A stretch of 64,000 nucleotides of DNA from an uncultured Planctomycetales bacterium. Lineage in GTDB: Bacteria; Omnitrophota; Gorgyraeia; Zapsychrales; JANLHA01. Position numbers and translations under genes: made by a program. The DNA is taken from assembly GCA_964450385.1 (NCBI GenBank), contig CAYVEC010000005.1, positions 6,850 through 70,849 of the forward strand. Direction: 5' to 3'. Positions within the stretch are counted from its first letter, which is position 1. Each line of letters starts with the position of its first letter. The notes beneath the pieces are model-generated. The model was not told where the DNA came from, ran no database searches, and was given only the letters and a program-made list of their open reading frames with translations. Below, in pieces: positions 21,419-32,130 of the stretch.

Positions 21419-22474
21419 TTATCCTACCTCCCCTAATTTTTTCCTGATTAGATTCGCCCGTTTGATGTCCCGCGCCGCCGGCGAGAGTCGGCTGCTCTCG
21501 ATCTTCTGCAGATGGGCCGGCTGGATCATAATAAGCAGTTCATTGATCGTCTGAAGACTGAAATCATTCAGGATGCCGAGATCGACGCCGAGGCGGACCA
21601 TCGATAATAATTCGACCGTCTCCTGGCTCGACATGATGCGCGCGCTCTGAAGAATCCCGAGGGACCGAAAGATCTTATCCTCCAACAGGGGCTTGTTCTG
21701 GATCACGAGGGCCTGACGCGCCTGCTCTTCCTGCTCGATGATCTGACGGATCAGGCCATTAATATTCTCGAGGATGTCCTCCTCGCTATGGCCGAGTGAG
21801 ACCTGGTTCGAAATCTGATAAAAATTTCCCAGGGCCTGCGTCCCTTCCCCATAGAACCCCCGCGAGGCAAAATTCAACTTGGAGATCGCGGTCATGATCT
21901 TGTTGATCTGTTTAGTCATGACAAGGGCCGGCAGATGAAGCATGACCGACCCGCGCATCGCGGTCCCCGTGTTCGTCGGGCAGGCCGTGAGATACCCCCA
22001 GGCCGGCGAATAGGCGAAGTCCAAAAAACCCGACATCTTGTCGTCGATCGTCCCGATGATCTTCCATGCCTCAAAAAGATTAAGGCCCGAATGCATGACC
22101 TGAAGACGAAGGTGGTCCTCCTCATTCACCATGACGGACAGGACCTCCTCGGCCGAGACCACGACCGCCTTGCCCTCGATATCCGATGCGTGCTCATGGC
22201 TCATCAGGTGCCGTTCAACGAGAAACTCCTTGTCGATATCGTCAAGTTCATTCATCCGAAAAAGGGTCGCGTCCTTAAAATAATCGACGCCCTCAATCGC
22301 CTTCTGCACCGCCCCCAAGACCTGCTGAAGCTCCTTACGGCTCGCGCGGTTCGGAAACGGGACCTTCGAAAGATTCCGGGCGAGACGGACGCGTGTCGAC
22401 ATCACGATGTTCGACGCCGGGCCCGATCCCTTCAACCATTCTCCTGTCCGTGAAATGAGGTCGTTCAATTTCAT
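21419..22474 (-). CDS. mcsB: Protein arginine kinase McsB
   Basis: Phosphagen-kinase active-site motif CPTNTGT. Positioned between mcsA and clpC. Confidence 0.85.
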   Translation of the reverse strand: MKLNDLISRTGEWLKGSGPASNIVMSTRVRLARNLSKVPFPNRASRKELQQVLGAVQKAIEGVDYFKDATLFRMNELDDIDKEFLVERHLMSHEHASDIEGKAVVVSAEEVLSVMVNEEDHLRLQVMHSGLNLFEAWKIIGTIDDKMSGFLDFAYSPAWGYLTACPTNTGTAMRGSVMLHLPALVMTKQINKIMTAISKLNFASRGFYGEGTQALGNFYQISNQVSLGHSEEDILENINGLIRQIIEQEEQARQALVIQNKPLLEDKIFRSLGILQSARIMSSQETVELLSMVRLGVDLGILNDFSLQTINELLIMIQPAHLQKIESSRLSPAARDIKRANLIRKKLGEVG

Positions 22475-23010
22475 GATGCCGATGCCCCCCCCTGTTCCAT
22501 CCCGCGGATGCGGTCCCTGAGCTCCGCCGCCTTCTCATAATCCTCGCAGAGAACGGCCTGCTGGAGCTGTTTCTTGAGCTCATCGATCGGCGCTGCGCCC
22601 GTCGCCGCAGGCGCCGCGGACGGTTCCTTGACCACGCTCTGAGGGGCCTTCCCGACATGATGCGCGGCCCCATGGATCTTCTTCAGCAGGGACGATAAAC
22701 GCCCACGAAAATGGGTATAACACTCGCTGCACCCAAGGCGCCCGTATTTCCGAAAATCCTCATAGGTCAGGCCGCAGCTGGCGCAGTGATCAATCTTGAC
22801 GGCCTTCTCCCCACTTTCCGCGGGGGTCGCCGTCTTATTAAAATCCGACAGCCCGGCCAGAAGGTCCGCCAGCCCGAACTGCTGTTCCATCTGAAGGCTC
22901 TTGCTCTTCGCGCAGTCCTCGCAGAGATGAAGTTCCGATATCTTGCCGTCAATCAACTCGGTCAAATGGACCGTCGCCTTTTTTTTGCCGCAATCATCAC
23001 AGCGCATCAA
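22471..23010 (-). CDS. mcsA: McsA, activator of protein arginine kinase (zinc fingers plus UVR motif)
   Basis: Four CxxC pairs in the N-terminus. C-terminal UVR-like LCEDYEKAAELRDRI. Confidence 0.75.
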   Translation of the reverse strand: MMRCDDCGKKKATVHLTELIDGKISELHLCEDCAKSKSLQMEQQFGLADLLAGLSDFNKTATPAESGEKAVKIDHCASCGLTYEDFRKYGRLGCSECYTHFRGRLSSLLKKIHGAAHHVGKAPQSVVKEPSAAPAATGAAPIDELKKQLQQAVLCEDYEKAAELRDRIRGMEQGGASAS

Positions 23011-23043
23011 TCGCCCTCCTCGTTCGCGTTAAGCATCCCGTCA

Positions 23044-23913
23044 TCAGATATGATAACGCACCCCATCCCGACGGGTTGCCTCGTGCAGCATCTTGAGCAT
23101 TCGGCGGGTCACCTCCCCGGGACGCCCATCTCCGATGACCCGTCCGTCCACCTTCACCACCGGAATAAGCTCAGCGGCCGTGCCGGTTAAAAAGCATTCA
23201 TGGGCATTATAGATCTCATGGCGCGTGATGTTGCCCTCAGCCACCGTGAGCCCGCACTTGTCCGCGGTCTCGAGAACGAGCCCGCGGGTAATGCCCTTCA
23301 ACTGGCCATGGGCCGGGGTCGAGATCACACCGTTCTTCACAATGAAAAGATTATCCCCGGTACATTCAGCCACATACCCCGACGTGTCGAGCATAATCGC
23401 CTCGGAAAATCCGCTGTTCGTCGCCTCAATCTTAGCGAAGATATTGTTCAAATAATTCAATGTCTTCAGCTGAGGATTCAAAGCCTCGGGATGATTCCGC
23501 ACCGTCGGAACCGTGATCACATCCATCCCGTTCTCGTAGAGCTCTTTCGGATAGAGCGTAATCTTGTCCGCAATGATGATGACAGACGGACGACCAAAAC
23601 ACTTCCGGGGATCGAGCCCAAGGTCGCCTTCACCCCGGGTCACGATCAAACGGATATAGGCGTCCTTGAGCCCGTTCACGCGCAGGGTCTCCACAACGGC
23701 ATCGATCATCGCCTGTTGATTGAACGGGATCGCGATCATCATGGTGTGGGCCGTCTCATACAGCCGCATGATATGCTCTTTGAGCCGAAAGACCAGGCAA
23801 TCATAAGATCTGATCCCCTCAAACGCCCCGTCGCCGTAAAGGAATCCGTGATCAAACACCGACACCTTCGCGGCGTCCCGTTCCACAAACTGACCATTCA
23901 AATAGATTTTCAT
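23044..23913 (-). CDS. ilvE: Branched-chain amino acid aminotransferase (class IV PLP enzyme)
   Basis: MKIYLNGQFV...FDHGFLYGDGAFEGIR. ORF track extends to 23961. ATG at 23913 matches typical IlvE N-termini. Confidence 0.75.
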   Translation of the reverse strand: MKIYLNGQFVERDAAKVSVFDHGFLYGDGAFEGIRSYDCLVFRLKEHIMRLYETAHTMMIAIPFNQQAMIDAVVETLRVNGLKDAYIRLIVTRGEGDLGLDPRKCFGRPSVIIIADKITLYPKELYENGMDVITVPTVRNHPEALNPQLKTLNYLNNIFAKIEATNSGFSEAIMLDTSGYVAECTGDNLFIVKNGVISTPAHGQLKGITRGLVLETADKCGLTVAEGNITRHEIYNAHECFLTGTAAELIPVVKVDGRVIGDGRPGEVTRRMLKMLHEATRRDGVRYHI

Positions 23914-23920
23914 AACGACC

Positions 23921-24643
23921 TCACCTGTTGTCTGACTGCTTTTTCTCCTCGATTCGGCCATCCTGCAAATAAATCACCCGGTCCATCCCTTGGGCGATCT
24001 GGCGGTCATGCGTCACAATGACCAGAGTGGCTCCATACTGTCCCTGAACCGTTTTCAGCAATTCAATGATCTCACGGCCGCTCACGGAATCGAGATTCCC
24101 CGTCGGCTCATCGCAAAAGACGATCCTCGGCCGATTGATCAGGGCCCGCGCGATCGCCACGCGCTGCTGTTCCCCCCCGCTCAATTCACTCGGGCGGTGG
24201 GCGGCCCGGTCCAAAAGCCCGACCTTTTTTAAAAATTCCCGTCCCTGGTCTCGGATCGCGGACGTCATCCCGCTCTGATGCCGGATCATGAGCGGAAGCA
24301 CGACATTCTCAAGCGCCGTGAATTCCGGGAGAAGATGATAGAACTGAAAGACAAAACCCATACATTCATTCCGGAACCGTGACCGTTCGCGCTCTTTCAT
24401 GCGGTAGACATCCTTCGCGTCAAAGAGCACCTGGCCCTGATCGGGCTCATCAAGCCCTCCGAGAACATTGAGGAGGGTCGATTTCCCCGCTCCCGATGGA
24501 CCAACCATCGCAACCGACTCATTCTCCCGAATGATCAGAGTGATCTCCCTCAGGACCATAACCTCCTTGACATGGTCCCGATAGGTCCGGCACACCCCGA
24601 CGGTCTGAAGCATCCCGATCTTTTTTTTCTCATGCGTCATCAT
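23921..24643 (-). CDS. lolD: Lipoprotein-releasing ABC transporter ATP-binding protein
   Basis: Walker [13 protein letters not shown] signature [15 protein letters not shown]. Adjacent to a LolC/E-type permease. Confidence 0.75.
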   Translation of the reverse strand: MMTHEKKKIGMLQTVGVCRTYRDHVKEVMVLREITLIIRENESVAMVGPSGAGKSTLLNVLGGLDEPDQGQVLFDAKDVYRMKERERSRFRNECMGFVFQFYHLLPEFTALENVVLPLMIRHQSGMTSAIRDQGREFLKKVGLLDRAAHRPSELSGGEQQRVAIARALINRPRIVFCDEPTGNLDSVSGREIIELLKTVQGQYGATLVIVTHDRQIAQGMDRVIYLQDGRIEEKKQSDNR

Positions 24644-25839
24644 TCGTACCTCAGGGCTTCAACCGTCTCCAGGCGCGCGGCCTTCATCGAAGGGTAGATC
24701 GTCGCCAAATAGGTGATCAGCATCGATGCGATAATGATGATCACCATGTCACCCAATTGAAGATCGACCGGCACGTGCTCGATCGCATAGATCGCGACCG
24801 GGACCCGGACATAATGGGACAACAGATAGCTCACCCCGCACCCGAGCGCCACCCCCAGGGCCGTCCCGATCAGCCCAATGAGGACCCCCTGCTTGGTGAA
24901 GATCCTGCGGATCGAGGCCCGGGGCACGCCCAGGGATCGCAAAATCCCGATATCATGGATTTTAGACGTGACCGTAACGATCAGGGTGCTCACAATATTA
25001 AAGGCCGCGACTAGAACCATGAAGATCAGGATCAGGAACAGCCCCCACTTTTCAAGAAACAGGGCCTCAAATAAATTTCGGTTCACATCGATCCACGTCC
25101 GAACAAGAAAGGAAAACCCCACCCCCCCCTGGATCGCGGTCTTCACCTCCTCAGCCAAATACGGGTCTTTGATCTTGACCCCGATGCCGCTGACCGTCCC
25201 GGCGGGATAATCAAAAATCTGCTGGGCCTTCGCCAAATCCACAAGGAGCAGGTTCATATCGAGATCCACCATGCCGCTGCTAAAAATCCCGACAACCTTC
25301 AAATGATACCGCCACCCGCGGCCCTCGATTCCGGACCCAGGCGCGATGATCGTAATCCTATCCCCCAGTTCAAAACCGAAATACCGGGCAAGTTCCTGGC
25401 CAATGATCACCGAGTCGCCCCGAAGGTCTTTTAAGGCCCCCTGCTTCAAATACTCTTCGCTCTTGGTAATGAGAGGCTCTGTCTTCGGATCGATCCCCCG
25501 AATGAGCTGACCGATTGCGCGTCCCGCGCCGGTCTCCAAAAAAACATTGCCCTGAATATAGGGCGACGTCGCGACGACACCCTTGACCTGCGCGAGCCCC
25601 TGCTGGACCGATGGGAAATCGCTCACCCCGGTCTCTTTTTCAACAGTGATGTGCGGGGTCGTGCCGATGATCTTATCGCGCAGATTATTGCCGAACCCGG
25701 TCATGACACCGGTGACAACGATCAGGGCCATGACCCCGATCGCAACCCCCCCGACCGACACGATATTTAGAAAGGCCGTAAACCGGCCTCGGTACATCGT
25801 CAGATACCGGAGGCTGATAAAATTCTCAAACCGCTGCAT
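24640..25839 (-). CDS. lolE: LolC/LolE-family lipoprotein-release permease (FtsX-like, MacB periplasmic domain)
   Basis: Four-TM FtsX fold with a large periplasmic loop. ORF track extends to 25863. Confidence 0.7.
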   Translation of the reverse strand: MQRFENFISLRYLTMYRGRFTAFLNIVSVGGVAIGVMALIVVTGVMTGFGNNLRDKIIGTTPHITVEKETGVSDFPSVQQGLAQVKGVVATSPYIQGNVFLETGAGRAIGQLIRGIDPKTEPLITKSEEYLKQGALKDLRGDSVIIGQELARYFGFELGDRITIIAPGSGIEGRGWRYHLKVVGIFSSGMVDLDMNLLLVDLAKAQQIFDYPAGTVSGIGVKIKDPYLAEEVKTAIQGGVGFSFLVRTWIDVNRNLFEALFLEKWGLFLILIFMVLVAAFNIVSTLIVTVTSKIHDIGILRSLGVPRASIRRIFTKQGVLIGLIGTALGVALGCGVSYLLSHYVRVPVAIYAIEHVPVDLQLGDMVIIIIASMLITYLATIYPSMKAARLETVEALRYE

Positions 25840-27307
25840 CAGATGCCTCCCCCTCCGCGCCATCCCCTGCGGGCTTCAATAACGGGAACAGGATCACGTC
25901 ACGGATCGACGGGGAGTCCGTTAAAAGCATCACCAGCCGGTCGATCCCGATCCCGAGCCCCCCAGCCGGCGGCATCCCGTATTCCAGGGCCGCGATATAA
26001 TCCTCATCACACGTCCGCATCCCGGTCTCCTGATCGTCTTTGAGGTCCTCCAGGAACCGCGCATGCTGCTCCTGCGGGTCATTCAACTCTGAATAGGCGT
26101 TCCCGATCTCCATGCCCGCGACAAAACACTCAAACCGCTGCGACAGGGCTGGCTGCTCAGGCTTCACCTTTGCCAAGGGGCAGAGAAAGGTAAAGTAATC
26201 TGTAAAAAAGACTGGGTTAAGGCTTTTGTCCTCCTCGAGGATGTCCTCAACGATCTTCATCACGGCAGACCTCGTGAGCACATCGATCGTCACCTTGCCC
26301 CCCTTGTGACGCTTGACCTTCTCGAGCATGACCTCTGCGCTGTCTTCCGGGTCGATGTCAAACCTCTCCTTGATGACTCCAGCAAAGCTCCGCCGTTCCC
26401 ACGGGGGAGTAAAATCGATCTCCCCGCCCTGATAGGGCACCTTAAAGCTCCCGTACAGTTCCTGAGCAAGGCTGCTCACCATCCGTTCCATCAGATCCAT
26501 CATGTCCTGAAAATCGCCGTAGGCCTGGTAGGCCTCGAGCATGGTAAATTCAGGGTTGTGCCGCGTCGAGATCCCCTCGTTTCGAAAATTCCGGTTGATC
26601 TCGTAGACCCGGTCAAGCCCCCCGACCAATAACCGTTTCAAATAAAGTTCAGGCGCGATCCGCAGATAGACATCCATATCATACGTGTTGTGGCGGCTCT
26701 TGAATGGCCGGCCGCGTGCGCCGCCTGCCATAGGCTGAAGCATCGGGGTCTCGACCTCAAGGAACCCACGCTGATCAAGGAACGAACGGATCAACGCAAT
26801 GATCCGGCTCCGCTTAATGAAGATGTCCCGGACCTCGGTGTTCGCGATAAGATCAACATAGCGCTGGCGATAGCGGATCTCAACATCCTTGAGCCCATGC
26901 CATTTCTCAGGAAGACACATCAGGGATTTGCTCAAGAGCGTCATCTCCGTCACCCGGACGCTCTTCTCCCCCATCTGCGTCGTGAACAATTCGCCCTTCA
27001 CCCCGACGATATCGCCGATATCAAAGAGCCGCACCACATCAAAGGCCGCCTCGCCGACATTATCCTTGCGGACAAACAGCTGGATCTTATCGGTCATGTC
27101 CCGCAGGTCCATGAACATAACCTTGCCGTGTTTGCGGTTGGCCATGATCCGGCCCGCGACCGTCACCGCCCTGCCCTCAGCAAAATCAGCGAGAACCGAG
27201 GCAACCGATTCGACACCATCAAAACGCCTTCCATAGGGATCGATCCCCTGGCCGCGCAAGGCCGTGAGTTTTTCCTTCCTAACCTGCTTTATTTCATCAA
27301 CTTCCAT
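25826..27307 (-). CDS. lysS: Lysyl-tRNA synthetase (class II)
   Basis: N-terminal OB anticodon-binding domain and class II core motifs. 493 aa. Confidence 0.9.
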   Translation of the reverse strand: MEVDEIKQVRKEKLTALRGQGIDPYGRRFDGVESVASVLADFAEGRAVTVAGRIMANRKHGKVMFMDLRDMTDKIQLFVRKDNVGEAAFDVVRLFDIGDIVGVKGELFTTQMGEKSVRVTEMTLLSKSLMCLPEKWHGLKDVEIRYRQRYVDLIANTEVRDIFIKRSRIIALIRSFLDQRGFLEVETPMLQPMAGGARGRPFKSRHNTYDMDVYLRIAPELYLKRLLVGGLDRVYEINRNFRNEGISTRHNPEFTMLEAYQAYGDFQDMMDLMERMVSSLAQELYGSFKVPYQGGEIDFTPPWERRSFAGVIKERFDIDPEDSAEVMLEKVKRHKGGKVTIDVLTRSAVMKIVEDILEEDKSLNPVFFTDYFTFLCPLAKVKPEQPALSQRFECFVAGMEIGNAYSELNDPQEQHARFLEDLKDDQETGMRTCDEDYIAALEYGMPPAGGLGIGIDRLVMLLTDSPSIRDVILFPLLKPAGDGAEGEASDAAV

Positions 27308-27396
27308 AGAAACATTCCTTGTCTGAAGACTGTGTTAACCAACGAACCCCCATGAAAAGACATTTTTGGGCTTATAAAGGTAATTTTAATATTAGG

Positions 27397-27425
27397 ATTA
27401 TATAGAAAAAGGATAGGTGTGTCAA
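27397..27425 (-). promoter_or_regulatory. Consensus sigma70-type promoter for lysS (TTGACA-17-TATAAT)
   Basis: Minus-strand reading TTGACAcacctatcctttttctaTATAAT. -35 at 27420..27425, -10 at 27397..27402, inside an AT-rich 183-bp gap. AAGGAA Shine-Dalgarno sits 9 nt before the lysS ATG. Confidence 0.55.
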
Positions 27426-27490
27426 TCAAAAGCGGCGGCAGGAGACGCGCCAAACAGTCCTTGGCGCATAAACATCAAACTATTTGATTT

Positions 27491-28306
27491 TTAAGAAGAT
27501 ACAACACAAATCCCCGCCTGATTCGCGGATCGGATCAATCGTTCTTGATCGAGGATGAGGGTCTTTCCGGCTTCGATCCCAAGGCACGAACACCGTGCCC
27601 GCCGCATAACCTGGACCGTGCGCGGACCCACAACAGGGACATCGAAACGGGCGTCTTGTTTGGGCTTGCTGGTCTTGACCACAACCGCGCCCTGCCGGGC
27701 GATCAGCCCCCCGCGCAGAATACATCGGTCCGTCCCCTCCATCGCCTCGATCGCAACGATCGCCTTCTTTTTAACGACCACTGTCTGCCCGATGTCGACC
27801 CCGCCGATCATTTTGGCAATGGTCTTGCCAAACTCAATATCAGCCAACTCAGTCTCCGACGGCCCGCGCTCGGTTAGCGTGCCCTGAGGCGCTAAGAAAT
27901 CCCGAAGAAGCAGGGTCGAATCAAGGACCCTCAAGTCATGCCGTTCCAAGAGATCAGAAACCGCTGAAAAGATCGTATCGGCCTTGCGGTCGTTCAAGGC
28001 GTCAAAAAAGGCCTTGACCACGGCATCGCCCTGGACGCTCGGATCAAAAAGATTCCGCTGGCTGACCTGTCCAGCCATGATCACCTCGCGGACCCCATGG
28101 CTCTTAAAAAAATCAAGCCCCTTGCGGATCTCTCCGACGCGGACCCGGGTCATGCGGTCCACACACGGCCCGAGCAGCCAGGAGGCATCGCCCCGAATGC
28201 CGACAGCCACCACCGTGATCCCCTGACGTTTTGCCGCGCGGGCAAGGAGAATCGGAAAATGGCCGTTCCCGGCAACGAGACCGATCGTCTTAGTCTTTTC
28301 CCTCAT
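27491..28306 (-). CDS. lpxI: UDP-2,3-diacylglucosamine hydrolase LpxI (DUF1009 family)
   Basis: IGLVAGNGHFPILLARAA N-terminus characteristic of LpxI. Located downstream of lpxA. ORF track extends to 28369. Confidence 0.7.
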   Translation of the reverse strand: MREKTKTIGLVAGNGHFPILLARAAKRQGITVVAVGIRGDASWLLGPCVDRMTRVRVGEIRKGLDFFKSHGVREVIMAGQVSQRNLFDPSVQGDAVVKAFFDALNDRKADTIFSAVSDLLERHDLRVLDSTLLLRDFLAPQGTLTERGPSETELADIEFGKTIAKMIGGVDIGQTVVVKKKAIVAIEAMEGTDRCILRGGLIARQGAVVVKTSKPKQDARFDVPVVGPRTVQVMRRARCSCLGIEAGKTLILDQERLIRSANQAGICVVSS

Positions 28307-29114
28307 CGCGGTCCCCGATATCCACCCCCGGCATGAGCCCCCGCTCACTGTGGGCGCGGACGAAATCAAGAAGGTGCGTCAATTCCGGGCACGGGGTCAA
28401 CTCCCGCTCGATCTGGTCCAAGGCATTGGCCTTTGACCGCCCGGTATGAAAGAGATATTTAAAGGCCTGCTTCAGCGTGCGGATCGCCTCGGCCGAGACA
28501 CCGGCCCGGCGAAGCCCGACGATGTTCACGCTATGGATCTTGGTGTCGACGCCGGCGCAGAGGGCAAACGGCGGGACATCCTGATTGATCCGGCTGCATC
28601 CGCCGATCATCGCAAGCCGCCCGATCCGCGCGAACTGATGGACCCCGCTCAATCCCCCGACAATGGCGTTATCTTCAACCACAACATGTCCTGCAATCGT
28701 CGCGACATTGGCAAAAACACAATTATTCCCGATCCGGCAGTCATGGGCCACGTGCGAATAGGCCATAAAAAGATTGCCATTCCCGATAACGGTCCTGGCC
28801 CCGCCGTCGATCGTCCCGGGATTGATCATGACATACTCGCGGATGATGTTCCGCTCGCCGATCTCCAGATAAACCTCATCGCCCTCATGGAATTTTTTAT
28901 CCTGAGGGATGGTCCCGACGACCGCGCCTGGAAAAAGCTGCGTCCCTCGGCCGATCGTCGTGCGTCCCTCGATATGACAGTGGCTCGCGATGCGAACCCC
29001 TTCGGCGATCACGACCTGAGGTCCGATCACCGCATAGGGCCCTATCTCGACCCCATCGGCGATCACCGCCCCGTCCTCAATCACCGCTGTTGAATGAATC
29101 TGTGCCTGACCCAT
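28290..29114 (-). CDS. lpxA: Acyl-ACP--UDP-N-acetylglucosamine O-acyltransferase
   Basis: IHSTAVIEDGAVIADGVEIGPYAVIGP hexapeptide repeats plus C-terminal helical domain. Confidence 0.85.
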   Translation of the reverse strand: MGQAQIHSTAVIEDGAVIADGVEIGPYAVIGPQVVIAEGVRIASHCHIEGRTTIGRGTQLFPGAVVGTIPQDKKFHEGDEVYLEIGERNIIREYVMINPGTIDGGARTVIGNGNLFMAYSHVAHDCRIGNNCVFANVATIAGHVVVEDNAIVGGLSGVHQFARIGRLAMIGGCSRINQDVPPFALCAGVDTKIHSVNIVGLRRAGVSAEAIRTLKQAFKYLFHTGRSKANALDQIERELTPCPELTHLLDFVRAHSERGLMPGVDIGDRDEGKD

Positions 29115-29131
29115 ATGCCGTCCTTATATCA

Positions 29132-30460
29132 TCATGCCTTCGTTAAATATTCTTCGTCCAAGAACGCGAACATCATCTCCGCCTCACAGACCGTCTCACC
29201 GTTCACCCGGGCCACCCCGCGGGTCGATGCCGTCTTCGCCCGGTCACGCAAGATCTCAACCTCCATCACGAGCTGGTCGCCCGGCTCGACGGTTTTACGG
29301 AACTTGGCTTTATCGACGGAGAAAAACAGCCCGACATGTTTGGAATGCAGCTCGGTCCGGCGTAACAGAATCCCGCTCACCTGGGCCATGGCCTCGACCA
29401 TCAGGACCCCCGGCATCACAGGCCGCATCGGAAAATGACCTGTAAAGAAATTATCATTCGCCGTCACATTCTTGATCCCGACGGCGCGCTTCCCCTCCTC
29501 CAATTCAAGGATCCGATCAACAAACAAGAAGGGGTATCGATGGGGCAGACACTTTCTAATCTCATTAATGTCCATGGAAATGACTTTCGTGCTCATCTCT
29601 CCTCCCTCATGTTTTGGCATCTCGCTCTCTCCAATCTTCTGGACCAAGGCCACATTCAAGGCGTGCCCGCTCCGATACGCCTTCACATGACCCCTCACCG
29701 GACACCCTAATAAATACAGGTCCCCGATCACGTCCAAAACCTTATGCCGGACAAACTCATCAGGGAATCTCAGTGTGTTCTCGACCACCCCATGATCTCC
29801 GACGACAAGGGTGTTCTGGTAGTTCGCGCCCTTCCCCATCCCGGCCCGCTTCAGGGCGTCGGCCTCGGAGAGCAGACAGAACGTCCGCGCCGGGGCGATC
29901 TCCTGAACAAAGGCCTCTGGCGTCACGACAATGTCGTAAATCTGTCGTCCGAGAACAGGGTGATGGTAATCCAACTCATAGGTCACACGAAAATGCTCGG
30001 CCGGTTCGATCGTGATCCGCGTCTCTTTGCCCTCAACGGTCATCAAAGACGCAATCTCGACAAACCGTTTCGGCCCCTCCTGAGAAACGACCCCCGCCTC
30101 CTGGATCGCGGACGCGAAATGAAGGGCGCTCCCATCCATGCCCGGCATTTCCGGGCCATCGAGCTCAACGATAAGATTATCGATCCCGAGCCCATGCAGG
30201 ACCGCCATGAGATGCTCGACGGTATGGATCGCCTGTGCCCCCTGGCCGATCGTTGTGCATCGGATGACACTGTCATCAATATGAACGTTCGCCAATGTTA
30301 AGGGGATCTCCGGAGATCCCGCAAGGTCGACCCTTCGAAACGAAATCCCATGATTCACGGATGCCGGCCTCAAGGACACGGTCACCGTTTTCCCGGTATG
30401 AAGACCGACCCCTGTCAAGGACACGGGACGGGCGAGTGTCGACTGCCGCAGACTCGTCAT
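29132..30460 (-). CDS. lpxC: Bifunctional UDP-3-O-acyl-GlcNAc deacetylase / 3-hydroxyacyl-ACP dehydratase (LpxC-FabZ fusion)
   Basis: N-terminal LpxC ([17 protein letters not shown]). C-terminal FabZ hot-dog motif FFTGHFP...[14 protein letters not shown]. Confidence 0.85.
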   Translation of the reverse strand: MTSLRQSTLARPVSLTGVGLHTGKTVTVSLRPASVNHGISFRRVDLAGSPEIPLTLANVHIDDSVIRCTTIGQGAQAIHTVEHLMAVLHGLGIDNLIVELDGPEMPGMDGSALHFASAIQEAGVVSQEGPKRFVEIASLMTVEGKETRITIEPAEHFRVTYELDYHHPVLGRQIYDIVVTPEAFVQEIAPARTFCLLSEADALKRAGMGKGANYQNTLVVGDHGVVENTLRFPDEFVRHKVLDVIGDLYLLGCPVRGHVKAYRSGHALNVALVQKIGESEMPKHEGGEMSTKVISMDINEIRKCLPHRYPFLFVDRILELEEGKRAVGIKNVTANDNFFTGHFPMRPVMPGVLMVEAMAQVSGILLRRTELHSKHVGLFFSVDKAKFRKTVEPGDQLVMEVEILRDRAKTASTRGVARVNGETVCEAEMMFAFLDEEYLTKA

Positions 30461-31524
30461 CTCTCCCCCGTCTGTTTTTTTTCTAACTCCGCGATCCGCT
30501 CTTCCAAGAGCCGAAGACGCCGGGCCTGCTCCGGAAGGTCTCCCAGAGAGGCATGGATCCGTTTGGCCAAAATATGAGGACGGGCCGGAGACCCGAACAG
30601 GATCGTTTTTTCAGGGACCGACTCGGCGACCCCGGACTGCGCCGCGACCATGACCCCGTCGGCGATAGTCAAATGACCCGCGACGCCGACCTGACCGCCG
30701 ATCACCACATAATCACCGATCACGGTGCTCCCCGCGATCCCGGCCTGGGCCACGATCAGGCATCCCCGGCCGATCCGGACATTATGCGCGATCTGGACCA
30801 GATTATCGATCTTTGTTCCTCGGCCGATAACGGTGCGGTCAAAACGGGCCCGGTCGACCGTCACATTCGCCCCGATCTCAACATCATCCTGGACCTCAAC
30901 AATCCCGATCTGGGGGATCTTATGATGAACGCCGTCGACGGTTTCGAACCCGAATCCGTCAGACCCGATCACCGTGCCGCTATGAATGATCACTCGGGAA
31001 CCGATCAGACTCCGTTCACGGACCGTGACATTCGGATAAATCAAGGTGCCTTCACCGATCACGCTCTTAAACCCGATGAACACCCCGGCCCCGATCACCG
31101 TCCCTCGGCCCAAATGGACCCCGTCCTCAATCACGGCGTGAGGACCGATCGCAACCCCTTCGCCGATCTCGGCGGAGGCGGCCACAACCGCAGAGGGATG
31201 GATCCCCTTGATCGGGTTCGGATGCGGCTCCATAAACAAGGCCGAGGCCTTTGAAAAAGCGAGCGACGGATGGGCCACACGAATAAGATTCTTCGAGACG
31301 TCGCCGACCGCGTCATTCAATCCAACGATGATCCCCGAGGCCTTGGTCTCTTTCAGCAATCCGGCATATTTCACATTCGACAAAAAAGACAATTCGCCGG
31401 CCTTCGCTTCTTTCAGACCCGCACACCCGGTGATCGGCACTGATCCATCGCCGGCCATGGTCCCGCCGACATGACGGGCGATCTCGCCTAACGTTCGTGA
31501 CATCGGACTCCTTCTAATGCGCAT
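30457..31524 (-). CDS. lpxD: UDP-3-O-acylglucosamine N-acyltransferase
   Basis: N-terminal LpxD domain and hexapeptide beta-helix. Overlaps lpxC as ATGA. Confidence 0.85.
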   Translation of the reverse strand: MRIRRSPMSRTLGEIARHVGGTMAGDGSVPITGCAGLKEAKAGELSFLSNVKYAGLLKETKASGIIVGLNDAVGDVSKNLIRVAHPSLAFSKASALFMEPHPNPIKGIHPSAVVAASAEIGEGVAIGPHAVIEDGVHLGRGTVIGAGVFIGFKSVIGEGTLIYPNVTVRERSLIGSRVIIHSGTVIGSDGFGFETVDGVHHKIPQIGIVEVQDDVEIGANVTVDRARFDRTVIGRGTKIDNLVQIAHNVRIGRGCLIVAQAGIAGSTVIGDYVVIGGQVGVAGHLTIADGVMVAAQSGVAESVPEKTILFGSPARPHILAKRIHASLGDLPEQARRLRLLEERIAELEKKQTGER

Positions 31525-31589
31525 AAGGCCATCGCCCTCGGACGACCTCTTGAAGGCAATGGCCTGCGCACGATCGACACTAATCCCTG

Positions 31590-32090
31590 CTATTTTTTAT
31601 AATTACTATTTAAGGTGCTCAAAATCGGATCCGTAATATCCATGGTCTCTTTGCCATAGATCAAGACGCGGTCATTGAGGATAAAGTCATATCCTTCTTT
31701 CTTAGCGAACGCCGCGACCACCTCTTCGACCTCGAGAAGGATCTCCCGGATCTTCTCATCGCGCTTCTTCATCAGTTCGGTCCGCTTCTCCTGATCATAT
31801 TCCCTCGCCTTGGTCGTGAGCTGATTAATGGCCTCCTGCTGCTTGGCCTTCTCCTCTTCTTTCATGACCGCAAGCTTGCCCCTCAACTCCTCGATCTTCG
31901 CAACCTGGTCATTGAGCTCTTTCTGATAGACCGCGTGGTCCTGTTCCAGGGTCTTATCATATTCCTTCGTTTTCTCATAATTATCAAAAACCTTGTTCAG
32001 GTCCAGATAACCGACCTTCTGAGCCTGCGCAACGCCAGATAACGGCATGAGCAACAATCCAGCAACCACGAGCCCGACGAATCCATTCAT
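31590..32090 (-). CDS. skp: Periplasmic chaperone Skp (OmpH)
   Basis: Signal peptide [23 protein letters not shown] then a coiled-coil OmpH region ([11 protein letters not shown]...). ORF track extension to 32327 is rejected. ATG at 32090 leaves a 40-bp gap to bamA. Confidence 0.7.
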   Translation of the reverse strand: MNGFVGLVVAGLLLMPLSGVAQAQKVGYLDLNKVFDNYEKTKEYDKTLEQDHAVYQKELNDQVAKIEELRGKLAVMKEEEKAKQQEAINQLTTKAREYDQEKRTELMKKRDEKIREILLEVEEVVAAFAKKEGYDFILNDRVLIYGKETMDITDPILSTLNSNYKK

Positions 32091-32130
32091 CCTGTTCACA
32101 TTGTCCTCCTTTGATAGCCTTATGATCGAA

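Noticed and set aside
23200-24021. 273-aa plus-strand ORF
   Set aside because: It is antisense to ilvE and lolD. No motifs.
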